A stretch of DNA of 64,000 bases, from positions 32,001 through 96,000 of the IMG/VR virus record IMGVR_UViG_3300031884_000939; one strand, written 5' to 3'. Below the pieces are notes generated by a model. The model was not told the origin of the DNA. It searched no databases and saw only the letters and a program-made list of their open reading frames with translations. The stretch comes from a virus. The translations under genes were made by a program, and so were the position numbers. Positions 48,559 through 57,625 of this stretch are shown here, piece after piece (the stretch's first letter is position 1; every line of letters starts with the position of its first letter).

Positions 48559-50292
48559 TTAATATCCTGCGGTAAGAGCACTTCTTGCCCAAGTATTTGG
48601 AGCAACACATACATAGATGTAATTGGTATCCCATGCCAACTGACCTACTACCCCAGGTGAACTAGAAGTAGGACTCGATGACGCTGTTAATTGTAAATTA
48701 CCAACAGTAACATTACCACTAGCCGATAATGATACTGTAGCAATTAAATTAGCACCAGCAATATCTCCGCCTGAGCCCGAAGTAGTAAGTGTGTTAGCTG
48801 TTACATTTCCACTTACTGTTAAAGTAGTTAGTGTACCAACGGATGTAATATTTGGTTGTGCGTTTGTCGTTACGGTATTGGCTGTAATTGCTGTGTTAGC
48901 AACAGGAACGGCGCCAGTAAGATTCCCTGCTGGAATGTTAGTTAAGTATAACGCATTACCTATAATGTTGCCGCCAATTATATTACCTTGTGCGCTAACT
49001 GTTCCTAATACAATAAATGTATTGGAATCTTTGTTGTATGTCATGCCGCCGGTAGCATCAGCGTTACCGTTAGTATTGAAAATAACTTGTGTATTGGCTC
49101 CTGGCACAACAAAGTTACCAGTAACATTACCTTGGAAAGTTCCAATGAATACACCATCGGTAACAATATTACCAGTAGCAGATACAACACCTTGAGCTAA
49201 AACATTGCCAGTAGTAGAAATTGCGCCTTGCGATAAAACATTACCAGTAGTAATAATATCAGTAGTAACATTACCGCTTGACAGTAATGCTGTTACATTA
49301 GCATTAGTATATGACGTTGGCAATCCACTTAATTGTGATCCATTGCCAATGATATAATTACCGTAGACATTGCCAGTAGCTGTTACAGTAATAGCACTAA
49401 TAACATTAGCGCCTGAAATATTTCCTGCGCCTACATTGCCTGTTGTTTGAATACCCACAGCAACAACTTGATTCGCTTCTACATTAGCTGCTCCATTACC
49501 TAATATGCCTCCATAAGTTGGCAAGAATGTTGCTACATTAGCATTAGTATAAGAAGATGGAATGCCAGTTAACTGACTACCATCACCCAAGTAAGTAGTT
49601 GCTGTTACTGTGCCATTGACCACAACATTATTAACTGCGCCACTACTTAAGAAAGATTGTACATTAGAATTACCATAGTTACCAGCGCCACCGCTAATAC
49701 CTGTTAAGTAATATCCATTACCAACAAAGTATCCGCTAGTACTTGTAATGTTGCCAGTAGCAATAATAGATGCTACATTTTGCATTGATCCAGAATAAGT
49801 TACAAGATACGAGCTTACATTAGAATTACCGTAGTTTCCAGCAAACGGTACGCCATTAGCATATTGGTAAGTGTTAGTTTTAACTATGCCAGCAGTTACA
49901 TTTCCAGGAACAGTTACGCCAGTAGAAGTAAATGTTGCCACATTAGCAACACCAGACACTCCAACAGTAACATTTGCGTTAGCCGAAGCAATGGATACAT
50001 TAGATGTACCATATCCAATAGCATTACCAGAGATATTATTAACTTGTGGGACTTTGCCCCAAATTATAGTACTGCCGTCATAAGTGCCAAAACAATAGTA
50101 AAAGAATGATGAGCTATAGGCATACATTCCAGCAACATCGCCAACTTTACCTACTAATGTAGCTGGCGGTTGTGGGTTTGGGAGAGCAAATAATTGTTCA
50201 AAATTGCTGTTTGTAGTAATAAACGCGGTGCGTATAGGATCGCCCATGCCATCATTTGGCGCTGATCCTACATTAATAATTTCCTGAGACAT
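48559..50292 (-). CDS. baseplate/tail fibre protein (gp9/gp10-like N-terminus)
   Basis: INVGSAPNDGMGDPIRTAF; WDTNYIYVCVAPNTW C-terminal module. Confidence 0.75.
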   Translation of the reverse strand: MSQEIINVGSAPNDGMGDPIRTAFITTNSNFEQLFALPNPQPPATLVGKVGDVAGMYAYSSSFFYYCFGTYDGSTIIWGKVPQVNNISGNAIGYGTSNVSIASANANVTVGVSGVANVATFTSTGVTVPGNVTAGIVKTNTYQYANGVPFAGNYGNSNVSSYLVTYSGSMQNVASIIATGNITSTSGYFVGNGYYLTGISGGAGNYGNSNVQSFLSSGAVNNVVVNGTVTATTYLGDGSQLTGIPSSYTNANVATFLPTYGGILGNGAANVEANQVVAVGIQTTGNVGAGNISGANVISAITVTATGNVYGNYIIGNGSQLSGLPTSYTNANVTALLSSGNVTTDIITTGNVLSQGAISTTGNVLAQGVVSATGNIVTDGVFIGTFQGNVTGNFVVPGANTQVIFNTNGNADATGGMTYNKDSNTFIVLGTVSAQGNIIGGNIIGNALYLTNIPAGNLTGAVPVANTAITANTVTTNAQPNITSVGTLTTLTVSGNVTANTLTTSGSGGDIAGANLIATVSLSASGNVTVGNLQLTASSSPTSSSPGVVGQLAWDTNYIYVCVAPNTWARSALTAGY

Positions 50293-50358
50293 ACCATTCC
50301 TCTTTAGCTTTTATTATTTAGCTAAAATGGTATCTATGTTATTTTGGGCGTTTTTAGT

Positions 50359-50685
50359 TTAATATGGGGAGAAACTACTACCGCAACCGCAGGTTGTTGA
50401 TGCCTGCATTCCAGTAATTGTAAAGGCAGAACCGTGTATATCTTCTTTATAATCTACAACGGCACCTTGTAAATAGGATCCAGACATAGAATCTACAAGT
50501 AAATGTACGCCATTAGATTCAAAATCCCAATCATCGTCGGCTTGGTCTTCGTCTAAAGTGAACCCTGTTTGAAACCCAGAACATCCGCCACCTTGTACGA
50601 ATACTCGTAATTTCAAATTAGGGTTATTTTCTTCTGCTAAAATATCTTTAATTTTAGCTGTAGCAGATTCGGTAATGGTAATCAT
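50359..50685 (-). CDS. erpA: A-type Fe-S carrier (ErpA/IscA family)
   Basis: GGGCSG and TCGCGSSF; start at MITITESA. Confidence 0.88.
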   Translation of the reverse strand: MITITESATAKIKDILAEENNPNLKLRVFVQGGGCSGFQTGFTLDEDQADDDWDFESNGVHLLVDSMSGSYLQGAVVDYKEDIHGSAFTITGMQASTTCGCGSSFSPY

Positions 50686-51233
50686 ATGCGTTCGGAACAA
50701 ACTTCCCAATTGATAATCTTCCAGAAGCTGTCGATATACTTTTCTTTGTCCCATTGGTATTGAAGGCTCCATGCATGTTCCCAAAAATCGACGAGAAGAC
50801 AGATATCAGTCCGCACTTGGTGATTAGGAATAGTCTTAATTGTACCCGATGTACTAAGATATACCCACCCTGAACCTTGAAGGGCCATGGCCACTTTTTT
50901 AAATTCTTCCTTAAAGTCTTCATATGTTTTAAAGTTAGTTTCAATAAGCTCCAATACAGCTCCCTTAGGACGATTAGCGCCTTTAGGTGCTTTTAACTGT
51001 GGGAAAAACTTATTATGTAAGAACGACCCAGCGCGGTTAAATTTAGGATCGCCTTCGCCAGCATTGTATTTTTTAGCATAGGCTTTGGCCAAGTGCTCAT
51101 AATGATAATCTATAGTTGCGGCACTCATAACAGGCTCTAAATCTTTAGGCTTGTATGGTAATGGTGTTGTTTCTAGTTTAGCTGGAACTGTGGTAGCTTC
51201 GACTAAATCGATTGTTTTGCGAATATCGTTCAT
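50682..51233 (-). CDS. Fe/Mn superoxide dismutase
   Basis: LPY..LEP, H...HNKFF, GSGWVYL, DFWEHAW. Confidence 0.88.
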   Translation of the reverse strand: MNDIRKTIDLVEATTVPAKLETTPLPYKPKDLEPVMSAATIDYHYEHLAKAYAKKYNAGEGDPKFNRAGSFLHNKFFPQLKAPKGANRPKGAVLELIETNFKTYEDFKEEFKKVAMALQGSGWVYLSTSGTIKTIPNHQVRTDICLLVDFWEHAWSLQYQWDKEKYIDSFWKIINWEVCSERI

Positions 51234-51241
51234 GCTAATAT

Positions 51242-51460
51242 TTAGCGTCTGCGTGTAATGCGCCCACGATTGAGATCGTAAGGGGAAAATTCTAATTCTA
51301 CCGTATCGCCTTCTAGAACTTTAATATTGTTCTGACGCATTCTACCGCTCAAACTGGCAAGTACTGGGTTTTCAAAGTTTTCTAATTTTACACGGTATTG
51401 GGTATTTCTTAACACTTCTGTAATAATACCCTCCATTTTTATAACATCATCTTTTGCCAA
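51242..51460 (-). CDS. infA: translation initiation factor IF-1
   Basis: MAKDDVIKMEG...SGRMRQN.I....GD.V..E.SPYDL.RGRI. Confidence 0.93.
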   Translation of the reverse strand: MAKDDVIKMEGIITEVLRNTQYRVKLENFENPVLASLSGRMRQNNIKVLEGDTVELEFSPYDLNRGRITRRR

Positions 51461-51495
51461 TTTTTTAGTTTCTCTCCCTCGTATATTACTTATGA

Positions 51496-51891
51496 TTATC
51501 TACGCATAGAACTAATATCTTTAGCTTCTTCGTCGCTAAAAATTGGCACTCCGTTGGACTTGTGCATAGTGCCAATACCTTTAACTTTAGTACCAGTATA
51601 AGTGTTATCTTTGACTTTAACACAAGGAACCCAACCTGTATCTTTGGATTCAATCTTTGGAGTTTCGCGGCCTGGCGGAGTTTTGGGCATGAAATCCGAC
51701 ATAGTTTTACGGGGAGAATTGTAAGGGCCTGTGCTAAACTTAGGAGCCATTTTATCAAACTCAACTAGCTTACGATCCCAATCAGCTTGTCGTGCTTGTG
51801 CTAGTTTCTTAGCTTCAGAACTTGCCCATTTGCGTTTAGTTTTTTGCTTGCCAGTTGTGGATAACCACGGTCCTTCTAAATGAAAGCTCAT
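51496..51891 (-). CDS. hypothetical phage protein
   Basis: YTGT...GIGTMHKSN.VPIF motif. Confidence 0.7.
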   Translation of the reverse strand: MSFHLEGPWLSTTGKQKTKRKWASSEAKKLAQARQADWDRKLVEFDKMAPKFSTGPYNSPRKTMSDFMPKTPPGRETPKIESKDTGWVPCVKVKDNTYTGTKVKGIGTMHKSNGVPIFSDEEAKDISSMRR

Positions 51892-52019
51892 ACTTTATCT
51901 ATACCGTTTAAACTGTTAAAGGGAATTTTGTAAACAGAATACTTGAGTGCTTCGCCGAGAGTAGCAAAGTACTTGCTGTATGTAACATTAAGATGGGAGT
52001 AACTAATTTTATAACTCAT
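51888..52019 (-). CDS. 43-aa hypothetical protein
   Basis: Hand translation; leaderless after a consensus promoter, ATGA-coupled to the next gene. Confidence 0.55.
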   Translation of the reverse strand: MSYKISYSHLNVTYSKYFATLGEALKYSVYKIPFNSLNGIDKV

Positions 52020-52054
52020 ACTACTATTATAGCGTAGTATGAGTTATTTGTCAA
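52011..52054 (-). promoter_or_regulatory. sigma70-type promoter inside a perfect 14-bp inverted repeat
   Basis: TTGACA-N17-TATAAT; arms ATAACTCATACTAC/GTAGTATGAGTTAT. Confidence 0.8.
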
Positions 52055-52055
52055 C

Positions 52056-52727
52056 TTATTCGTAAAAGATATGATGCCCAGTTTTAGTAATATATCTCTT
52101 GGTGCTAGCCCATACTGGTCGTATTCCAGTAGAATGGAAGTACATAGCAGTACCATATTTGGTACGATATTCACTATATTCCCCGCGGGCAATACCTTCG
52201 GCGATTTGTTTACTTTCTACCCAACGCTCATCATCGGATTTAGGTTTCGAAACGTACCCAGCGCATACCCAGCTAAACTGACATACCGGAACTTGCTGTA
52301 CGACTTCTGTAGTTTTGGTAACAGTTTCTGGGCGACCAAAATAGCCAACATGGACTACTTCTGTCTTTTTAACTTCTCGAGTTTTGGTTACGACTGTACG
52401 AGCTTTTACTACTTCGCATACACTCTTACCAAATCGTGGATCTTGGGCACGATTAATTGTAACGATACCTACAGCAATTTTGCCTTCGGTTGGTTCGCTA
52501 CCCGACTCGTAAAATATGTTACGAGCTAAACACTCTACATCCTTGTCTGAAAGGAATGGTGTCGCAATTAAATTTACAGTACGCTCTACAAAATATGTAG
52601 CTTGGCCAACCATCTGTCCTGTAAATGTTGTATTGTCTGCTAAGACAACTACTTCTTGTTTTACTTCTGCTGCTTGTACTACAATACTGCTTACTACTAG
52701 TAATAACGATAATAAGATATTCTTCAT
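52056..52727 (-). CDS. SleB/Hydrolase_2-like cell wall hydrolase
   Basis: CLARNIFYES..E...GKIAVG.V..NR, CQFSW, YFH, HIFY; signal peptide. Confidence 0.88.
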   Translation of the reverse strand: MKNILLSLLLVVSSIVVQAAEVKQEVVVLADNTTFTGQMVGQATYFVERTVNLIATPFLSDKDVECLARNIFYESGSEPTEGKIAVGIVTINRAQDPRFGKSVCEVVKARTVVTKTREVKKTEVVHVGYFGRPETVTKTTEVVQQVPVCQFSWVCAGYVSKPKSDDERWVESKQIAEGIARGEYSEYRTKYGTAMYFHSTGIRPVWASTKRYITKTGHHIFYE

Positions 52728-52734
52728 TTCGTTC

Positions 52735-52985
52735 TCCTCACGGCACAACTGGGCCAGTTCAGCGGATGCTCAGGATGAGCGCATTGACAATGATGGAGAG
52801 TGTAGGTACGAGACCTCGGCCTTCTTTGGCATTTACTCTTTCGTATATTAAACAACTAATATACAATACCATATTGTCAACGAAAAGGATTTCCGAAGTC
52901 CTCTTTCGAATCGGATTCAAACTGACATCCGGTGCGTGACTTACATTTATATTCCGGACAAGCCCGTTCGGTGTTCGCTACTATA
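52735..52985 (-). ncRNA. long structured leader or ncRNA upstream of the hydrolase
   Basis: Multiple stems including long-range TTGACAATATGG/CCATCATTGTCAA; TAAGTA at the 5' end. Confidence 0.5.
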
Positions 52986-53054
52986 TATACTTACTAAGTT
53001 TACTACAGAACAATAAAAAAAGCAATCATTTCGGTACCTTTTTGCCGTTAACTA

Positions 53055-53672
53055 CTAATATAATGGCTCCGGTGGAGGCATAGCTTTAAGTTTAGCCCAC
53101 ATCTCACCTTGTTCCTTTAATTTGGCTTCTAATGCGCGATACTTGTCGCCTAATTCTTTAAGTTCATCCCATTCCTTTTCCAATTCTGGATTTGGAACTA
53201 AGACATTTAATCTTTCTTCAAGTTTTTGTATGACATCAGTTAAACTACGACCATTAATTTTTATGTCAGCGTTATCGCCTTCGAGATTTAATTGACCAGT
53301 AGCATTGGTGTATAAAGAAGTATTAGTGGCGTTAGTTGCGCCAAAATTATATCCAGTTCCTGCTCCGGCAGAGATAGTATATGGGCCAGTGTTAGCTCCA
53401 GTTAAACTAGGAGAGATTGTGTATCCGCCGCCAATAACAGTATTACTATACAACGATCCAGATGCTGCTCCTGGATTAAGTGTAATGGTATCAGTTGTCG
53501 CACCGTTATTATAAGTTAAATCAAACGGATTATATGAACTTGAATATTCATAACCTGCTATTGTAACAGTATCTTCTGTTTCTGTTACCGGAGTCGGGTC
53601 ATTAATTTTTTTAAGTGCGTTACGAATTTCATCCAATTGTTCTTGAGCCAATTGCTCTTGCGTAAGGTCCAT
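53055..53672 (-). CDS. hypothetical protein
   Basis: Low-complexity middle, coiled-coil C-terminus. Confidence 0.65.
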   Translation of the reverse strand: MDLTQEQLAQEQLDEIRNALKKINDPTPVTETEDTVTIAGYEYSSSYNPFDLTYNNGATTDTITLNPGAASGSLYSNTVIGGGYTISPSLTGANTGPYTISAGAGTGYNFGATNATNTSLYTNATGQLNLEGDNADIKINGRSLTDVIQKLEERLNVLVPNPELEKEWDELKELGDKYRALEAKLKEQGEMWAKLKAMPPPEPLY

Positions 53673-53803
53673 GTGCCATCCTTATTATCAATCCACTCTA
53701 GCGTGTCGCCGACCTTCCAGCCGGCTTCACGACAGAGCTCATCACCGAGATCCAGGATTAAGTCGCCTGTATCTGGATCTTCGATGATATTTCTTGTTGC
53801 CAT
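53585..53803 (-). CDS. AbrB/MazE-like small DNA-binding protein
   Basis: GDLILDL...AGWKVGDTLEW. Confidence 0.6.
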   Translation of the reverse strand: MATRNIIEDPDTGDLILDLGDELCREAGWKVGDTLEWIDNKDGTWTLRKSNWLKNNWMKFVTHLKKLMTRLR

Positions 53804-53804
53804 A

Positions 53805-53993
53805 TTACTTAACAGACAATGCTTCTTTTTCTGCTGTAATTTCTTTACGACGCTCTTTGATGCCCTTAGACATTTCTTGTAATGCTTTACGTGCCCTGGC
53901 GGCAGATGCTTTAACGCCTTTAGTTGTAAACTTAGTGTTTTCTTCGATATATGTATTATAAGCCGCTACAATAGCGTCATGTTGTTGTGACAT
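53805..53993 (-). CDS. histone H1-like (Hc1-type) basic protein
   Basis: GVKASAARARKAL.E..K..KERRKEI. Confidence 0.7.
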   Translation of the reverse strand: MSQQHDAIVAAYNTYIEENTKFTTKGVKASAARARKALQEMSKGIKERRKEITAEKEALSVK

Positions 53994-54072
53994 TTAATTT
54001 CCTTTATATTAATATTATGCTTTCGCATTACACTATAATACGCATTAATGCGCTAATAGTCAACCTTATTGA

Positions 54073-54750
54073 TTAAGTTGTTTTTTTCTTACAGCGATCC
54101 ATGTGCCATCTTTTCATGATACTAAGACCGCCAGTTTTATTACAATGAGGACAAGTTATTACTTCTTTAATTCCTGCCCTTATTCCTACTAACTCGCCCG
54201 ATGCTAACCGAGGATCGTCTACTGATACCTGCATAACATTGCCATTTTTATCTTTTACTGTAGTAGTTCCGGCTGTAGCATTAACTAACTCGCCAGTTTT
54301 AATTCTAATATCATCTACTGCTACTCTAAATTTATTGCCAGCTTTATCAACTACGGTTACCTTACCTTTAGTATGTGCTACTAACTCTCCGGATATAAAC
54401 CGAGGATCGTCAACGGCTACTCTAAATTTATTACCGGCTTTATCTATCACTGGAGTAGTGCCTTTATTGCGTCCTTTAGGACCAAACCCTCCGCCAGACT
54501 CAGGAATCCTATTAGCCCATTCTGCGCTCTCAACTATATTCCATTTCTCACTAAGTCGTCGCCCTTCATTATCAATTACCGATTTATCATCAGATTGACA
54601 TATTATTTCAGTAATATGATTCTTTCCGTGCTCTGCTAAATGTAGTTTCCAGTCAACCCCGGATCCTCGATATTTAAACGGATCCCGTTCTGTCTGTCCC
54701 AGATACTTTAATCCAGTAACCGAGTGAGTCTTAAGATAAAGATAGTGCAT
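54073..54750 (-). CDS. Seg-like GIY-YIG homing endonuclease
   Basis: YLYLKTH..TGLKYLG, YRGSG; three DK.GN...V.VDD.R...GELV repeats; CPHC...RWH..C end. Confidence 0.8.
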   Translation of the reverse strand: MHYLYLKTHSVTGLKYLGQTERDPFKYRGSGVDWKLHLAEHGKNHITEIICQSDDKSVIDNEGRRLSEKWNIVESAEWANRIPESGGGFGPKGRNKGTTPVIDKAGNKFRVAVDDPRFISGELVAHTKGKVTVVDKAGNKFRVAVDDIRIKTGELVNATAGTTTVKDKNGNVMQVSVDDPRLASGELVGIRAGIKEVITCPHCNKTGGLSIMKRWHMDRCKKKTT

Positions 54751-54793
54751 ACTAGTTAATTATACACGATTTACAATAATAGTCAAATTTTTA

Positions 54794-55036
54794 TTAGAAA
54801 TAAACGTGTCGTTTGGCATAACAGTCCCAAACTAATATATTGTCCCAACTATGTGTCCAAGTTACTATAAACAGACTAAGGGTATTGTGGTCAAAGATAT
54901 GTAATTTATTGTCATCTACTCTTGCTTGAATTGAACGGCTAGTAGTTGTCCATTTTTGTAAACGGTTTCGTGCTTCTGGATCTCTCATTATTACGGTATA
55001 CAGAGAGTCACCGTTTTTAAAAACTGGTAAGGTCAT
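54794..55036 (-). CDS. hypothetical protein
   Basis: Coupled ORF. Confidence 0.6.
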   Translation of the reverse strand: MTLPVFKNGDSLYTVIMRDPEARNRLQKWTTTSRSIQARVDDNKLHIFDHNTLSLFIVTWTHSWDNILVWDCYAKRHVYF

Positions 55037-55782
55037 TTACGTTCTATATCTTCTTCTTGACAGTCTTCACCATATTGTATTTCAACTATGCGACACGGAT
55101 TGTCTGACATATTAATTAATTGGTGCCAAGTATTTACTGGAATGTCAATTGTTTCGTGTGTGCTGAGTTTTACAATATTGTCATCACCTGCTACACGACC
55201 TTCGCCTTCTTCTACTACCCAATACTCGCTACGCTTAAAATGTCGTTGCATACTTAAACTCTTACCTGGATTGACTGTAAGCTCTTTAACCTTCATGCCC
55301 GGAGCTTCGTGTAGTACACGATAATGACCCCATTGGCGTTCTGTTTTAGGCGCTTTCCATTCTTGTAGTATCCAAGATGATGAATTCATTTTGTTTTCGC
55401 CACCAACTCCAAATACAAATTCTAGATTGCTATCGACTAAATCCATTTCAGGAATGTTGGTACTAGTTCTATCGCCACCGTTAGCAAATATAATCTTATC
55501 ATTTGGATAACTTTGTCGGGCCATTGTGATAGCGTGTTTAGCTGAGTTATCTGAATCATTGAAGTCAATAACATAATCAACTCCTACAATGTTTTGTACG
55601 ATAGCCGAGCGTTCCGAATAAGGCATAAATGCTCGTCCTTTTTTACGCATCAGCCAAGCATCTGAATTAACACCAACTACTAATATATCTCCCAGCTTTT
55701 TTGCGGCTTGAAGGTAAGCAATATGTCCAGAGTGTAGCGGATCAAAGCCGCCAGTTACTACAACAATTTTTAAAGGTTTCAT
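55033..55782 (-). CDS. cytidylyltransferase-like domain fused to mannose-6-phosphate-isomerase-type cupin
   Basis: TGGFDPLHSGH, FANGGDR, RQWG.Y, LSMQRH..RSEYW, EEDIER. Confidence 0.85.
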   Translation of the reverse strand: MKPLKIVVVTGGFDPLHSGHIAYLQAAKKLGDILVVGVNSDAWLMRKKGRAFMPYSERSAIVQNIVGVDYVIDFNDSDNSAKHAITMARQSYPNDKIIFANGGDRTSTNIPEMDLVDSNLEFVFGVGGENKMNSSSWILQEWKAPKTERQWGHYRVLHEAPGMKVKELTVNPGKSLSMQRHFKRSEYWVVEEGEGRVAGDDNIVKLSTHETIDIPVNTWHQLINMSDNPCRIVEIQYGEDCQEEDIERK

Positions 55783-56025
55783 TTAATGTAAAGTTTGGTT
55801 ACCGCTATCGGCTGATGTTAAATCAACCATTTGAGAAATGTATTTACTAAAATCATCTGTGAGCTCTATACGATCTTCATCACACTCTTGCGCTTCTTCA
55901 TCGCTAACACCAATTAAGCGCATCAAGGCACCCATATGAACTTCTTTGATGCCATGTTTATGTAGCACCATCATTAGTTCCATTATGATTAGCCTAACTT
56001 CTTGATCAATTTCAGCATCAGTCAT
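55783..56025 (-). CDS. hypothetical protein
   Basis: 80-aa ORF. Confidence 0.6.
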   Translation of the reverse strand: MTDAEIDQEVRLIIMELMMVLHKHGIKEVHMGALMRLIGVSDEEAQECDEDRIELTDDFSKYISQMVDLTSADSGNQTLH

Positions 56026-56058
56026 ACTTTTAATTATCCAAACTGAAATTATAGTTGT

Positions 56059-56080
56059 GAAAAAGCGGCCGAAGCCGCTT
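56059..56080 (-). terminator. intrinsic terminator with UUCG loop
   Basis: AAGCGGC-TTCG-GCCGCTT followed by U residues. Confidence 0.85.
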
Positions 56081-56096
56081 ATAATACTAACTGTTA

Positions 56097-56852
56097 TTAA
56101 TTTTTTAAGTTTTTATCAAAGAATTCTTTAGTTTTAATAGCTGATTGAGTAGCCGCAAACTCATCCCAAGCTAACGCATGGCCGCCCCATTTAATTCTAT
56201 ATGCTACAGGTAAATCAAAGGAATGGTAAGCATCAGGGTAAGAATTAATGTCGTGCTTTGGATTATTATATTCTTTTAATGCTACGCATGGGCCCGGTAA
56301 TGTCCAATCATCTTTGGCGCCCACATGCATTTGTAATGGGACCAAAGGATTCTTTTCAAGTTCAGTTACACAATTACCATAATATGATATCATAGCATCT
56401 ACGGATCGTTTTGCTCGTTTAGTTGGGGCAAATGAATTGATAGCAGAGCCACCATGACTCCAACCAATTACACCAATTTTACCTTTGTGCCAAGGTTGTT
56501 GCTTAATCCATTGTGATACATATTCAATATCATATGTGCGTGACCATGCTGAATTTCTTACACCATTTACGCATTCGTGTGTGTAACCACGCTCTGTAAA
56601 ACTGTCTGGCAATACAACATTGTATCCGTAAGTTTGATAAAGCTGAGCCCAACCTATTTCATGTGGGTCAAGTCCAAAGCAGGTGTGTAAAGCAATAATA
56701 GTTGGTGCTGGGTGGTCTTGTTTTAATACCATTACACCAATATTGAAATCTTGTTTTAAGTAATCATCATGTACCAATACATGATCATCGAAAAAATATG
56801 CTTGTGCTGTTAAACAATAACCTAACATCAGTGTCATTAATAGTTTACGCAT
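56097..56852 (-). CDS. secreted dienelactone-hydrolase-family alpha/beta hydrolase
   Basis: GWSHGG, KDDW, YHSFD; signal peptide. Confidence 0.85.
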   Translation of the reverse strand: MRKLLMTLMLGYCLTAQAYFFDDHVLVHDDYLKQDFNIGVMVLKQDHPAPTIIALHTCFGLDPHEIGWAQLYQTYGYNVVLPDSFTERGYTHECVNGVRNSAWSRTYDIEYVSQWIKQQPWHKGKIGVIGWSHGGSAINSFAPTKRAKRSVDAMISYYGNCVTELEKNPLVPLQMHVGAKDDWTLPGPCVALKEYNNPKHDINSYPDAYHSFDLPVAYRIKWGGHALAWDEFAATQSAIKTKEFFDKNLKN

Positions 56853-56931
56853 TTTTGTTCCGTATATAAAAATAGTTGTCTGAAGTTAAATTAATGCTAA
56901 AGGACTTACGGCCAAAGCCTGCCTTTAGTTA

Positions 56932-57258
56932 TTAGGCTGTTACTTTTGGTGTAGCCTTGGCAGTAGCTTTTACGCTAGTTGCCTTAACTTTAACTTCGCC
57001 TTTTTTGGCTAGTTTAGTTTTTTCAGCTACTTTGCTTGCTACTGCGTAGCCAGCGTCACCTTGTGTGATGCCTTGCTCTTGAAGATACTGAAGTGCTTCA
57101 AGTTTTGTCATTGGCTTTGGGAGCTCAACGAGATTTACATCTGTGTGTCCAGCGCGATGTAACGCTTTAATACGGCTTACCAAATCATTGGCAAAACGAA
57201 CTTTAACCTCGCCTTGACGATTAGATGTACCTGCTACTGTGAATAAAGATTGTGTCAT
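56932..57258 (-). CDS. hypothetical protein with Lys/Ala-rich tail
   Basis: KVRFAND...GHTDV.LVELP..MTK motif. Confidence 0.7.
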   Translation of the reverse strand: MTQSLFTVAGTSNRQGEVKVRFANDLVSRIKALHRAGHTDVNLVELPKPMTKLEALQYLQEQGITQGDAGYAVASKVAEKTKLAKKGEVKVKATSVKATAKATPKVTA

Positions 57259-57378
57259 TTTGATGCCTTTCTAAGATGCCTGTTTAAGTTAATTTAAATT
57301 TACTACTTTACTACTGTTACTAGTATAGCTGATTTGATTATATTTGTCAACTATATTAGTTCTTTTGGTTTACCAAAA

Positions 57379-57507
57379 TTACTTTGCTTGTTCTTGGATA
57401 ACCGTTTTGGTTTGATCAATACCTTTATCTACTACACGGGCAATACCACTTAGACCCACTGTAGAAATAGCGATACCAACAAATACTCCAACCAAAAACT
57501 TAGTCAT
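57379..57507 (-). CDS. 42-aa membrane peptide
   Basis: Hand translation MTKFLVGVFVGIAIST...; GGAGG SD. Confidence 0.6.
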   Translation of the reverse strand: MTKFLVGVFVGIAISTVGLSGIARVVDKGIDQTKTVIQEQAK

Positions 57508-57625
57508 TTTCCGCCTCCTCTTCCTGCTCTACAATATAGTTAATATCGAAACGCTTACACCAATCCGCATATTCGCGTTCGAACTGTTCTTGTTCTTTGG
57601 CTTCCAATTCAAATACCTGTTCCAT
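57500..57625 (-). CDS. 41-aa acidic peptide
   Basis: Hand translation MEQVFELEAKEQ...; TAATG coupling. Confidence 0.5.
   Translation of the reverse strand: MEQVFELEAKEQEQFEREYADWCKRFDINYIVEQEEEAEND

Noticed and set aside
42817-50292. Diversity-generating retroelement or invertase shufflon acting on fibre genes
   Set aside because: No reverse transcriptase, recombinase, adenine-specific repeat pair or inverted crossover sites seen in this window.
52900-52945. Resemblance to a c-di-GMP-I riboswitch (GTCACGCAC...TTCGAAAGAG on the minus strand)
   Set aside because: The GGCAAAC and GACGCAAAGC core elements are missing.
52969-52981. 5' end of the hydrolase leader (GUAGCGAA) is complementary to the UUCGCUAC loop of the 8940-9026 RNA
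   Set aside because: The same 8-mer also occurs in coding regions (about 23111, 52494, 63241), so chance cannot be excluded without covariation data.
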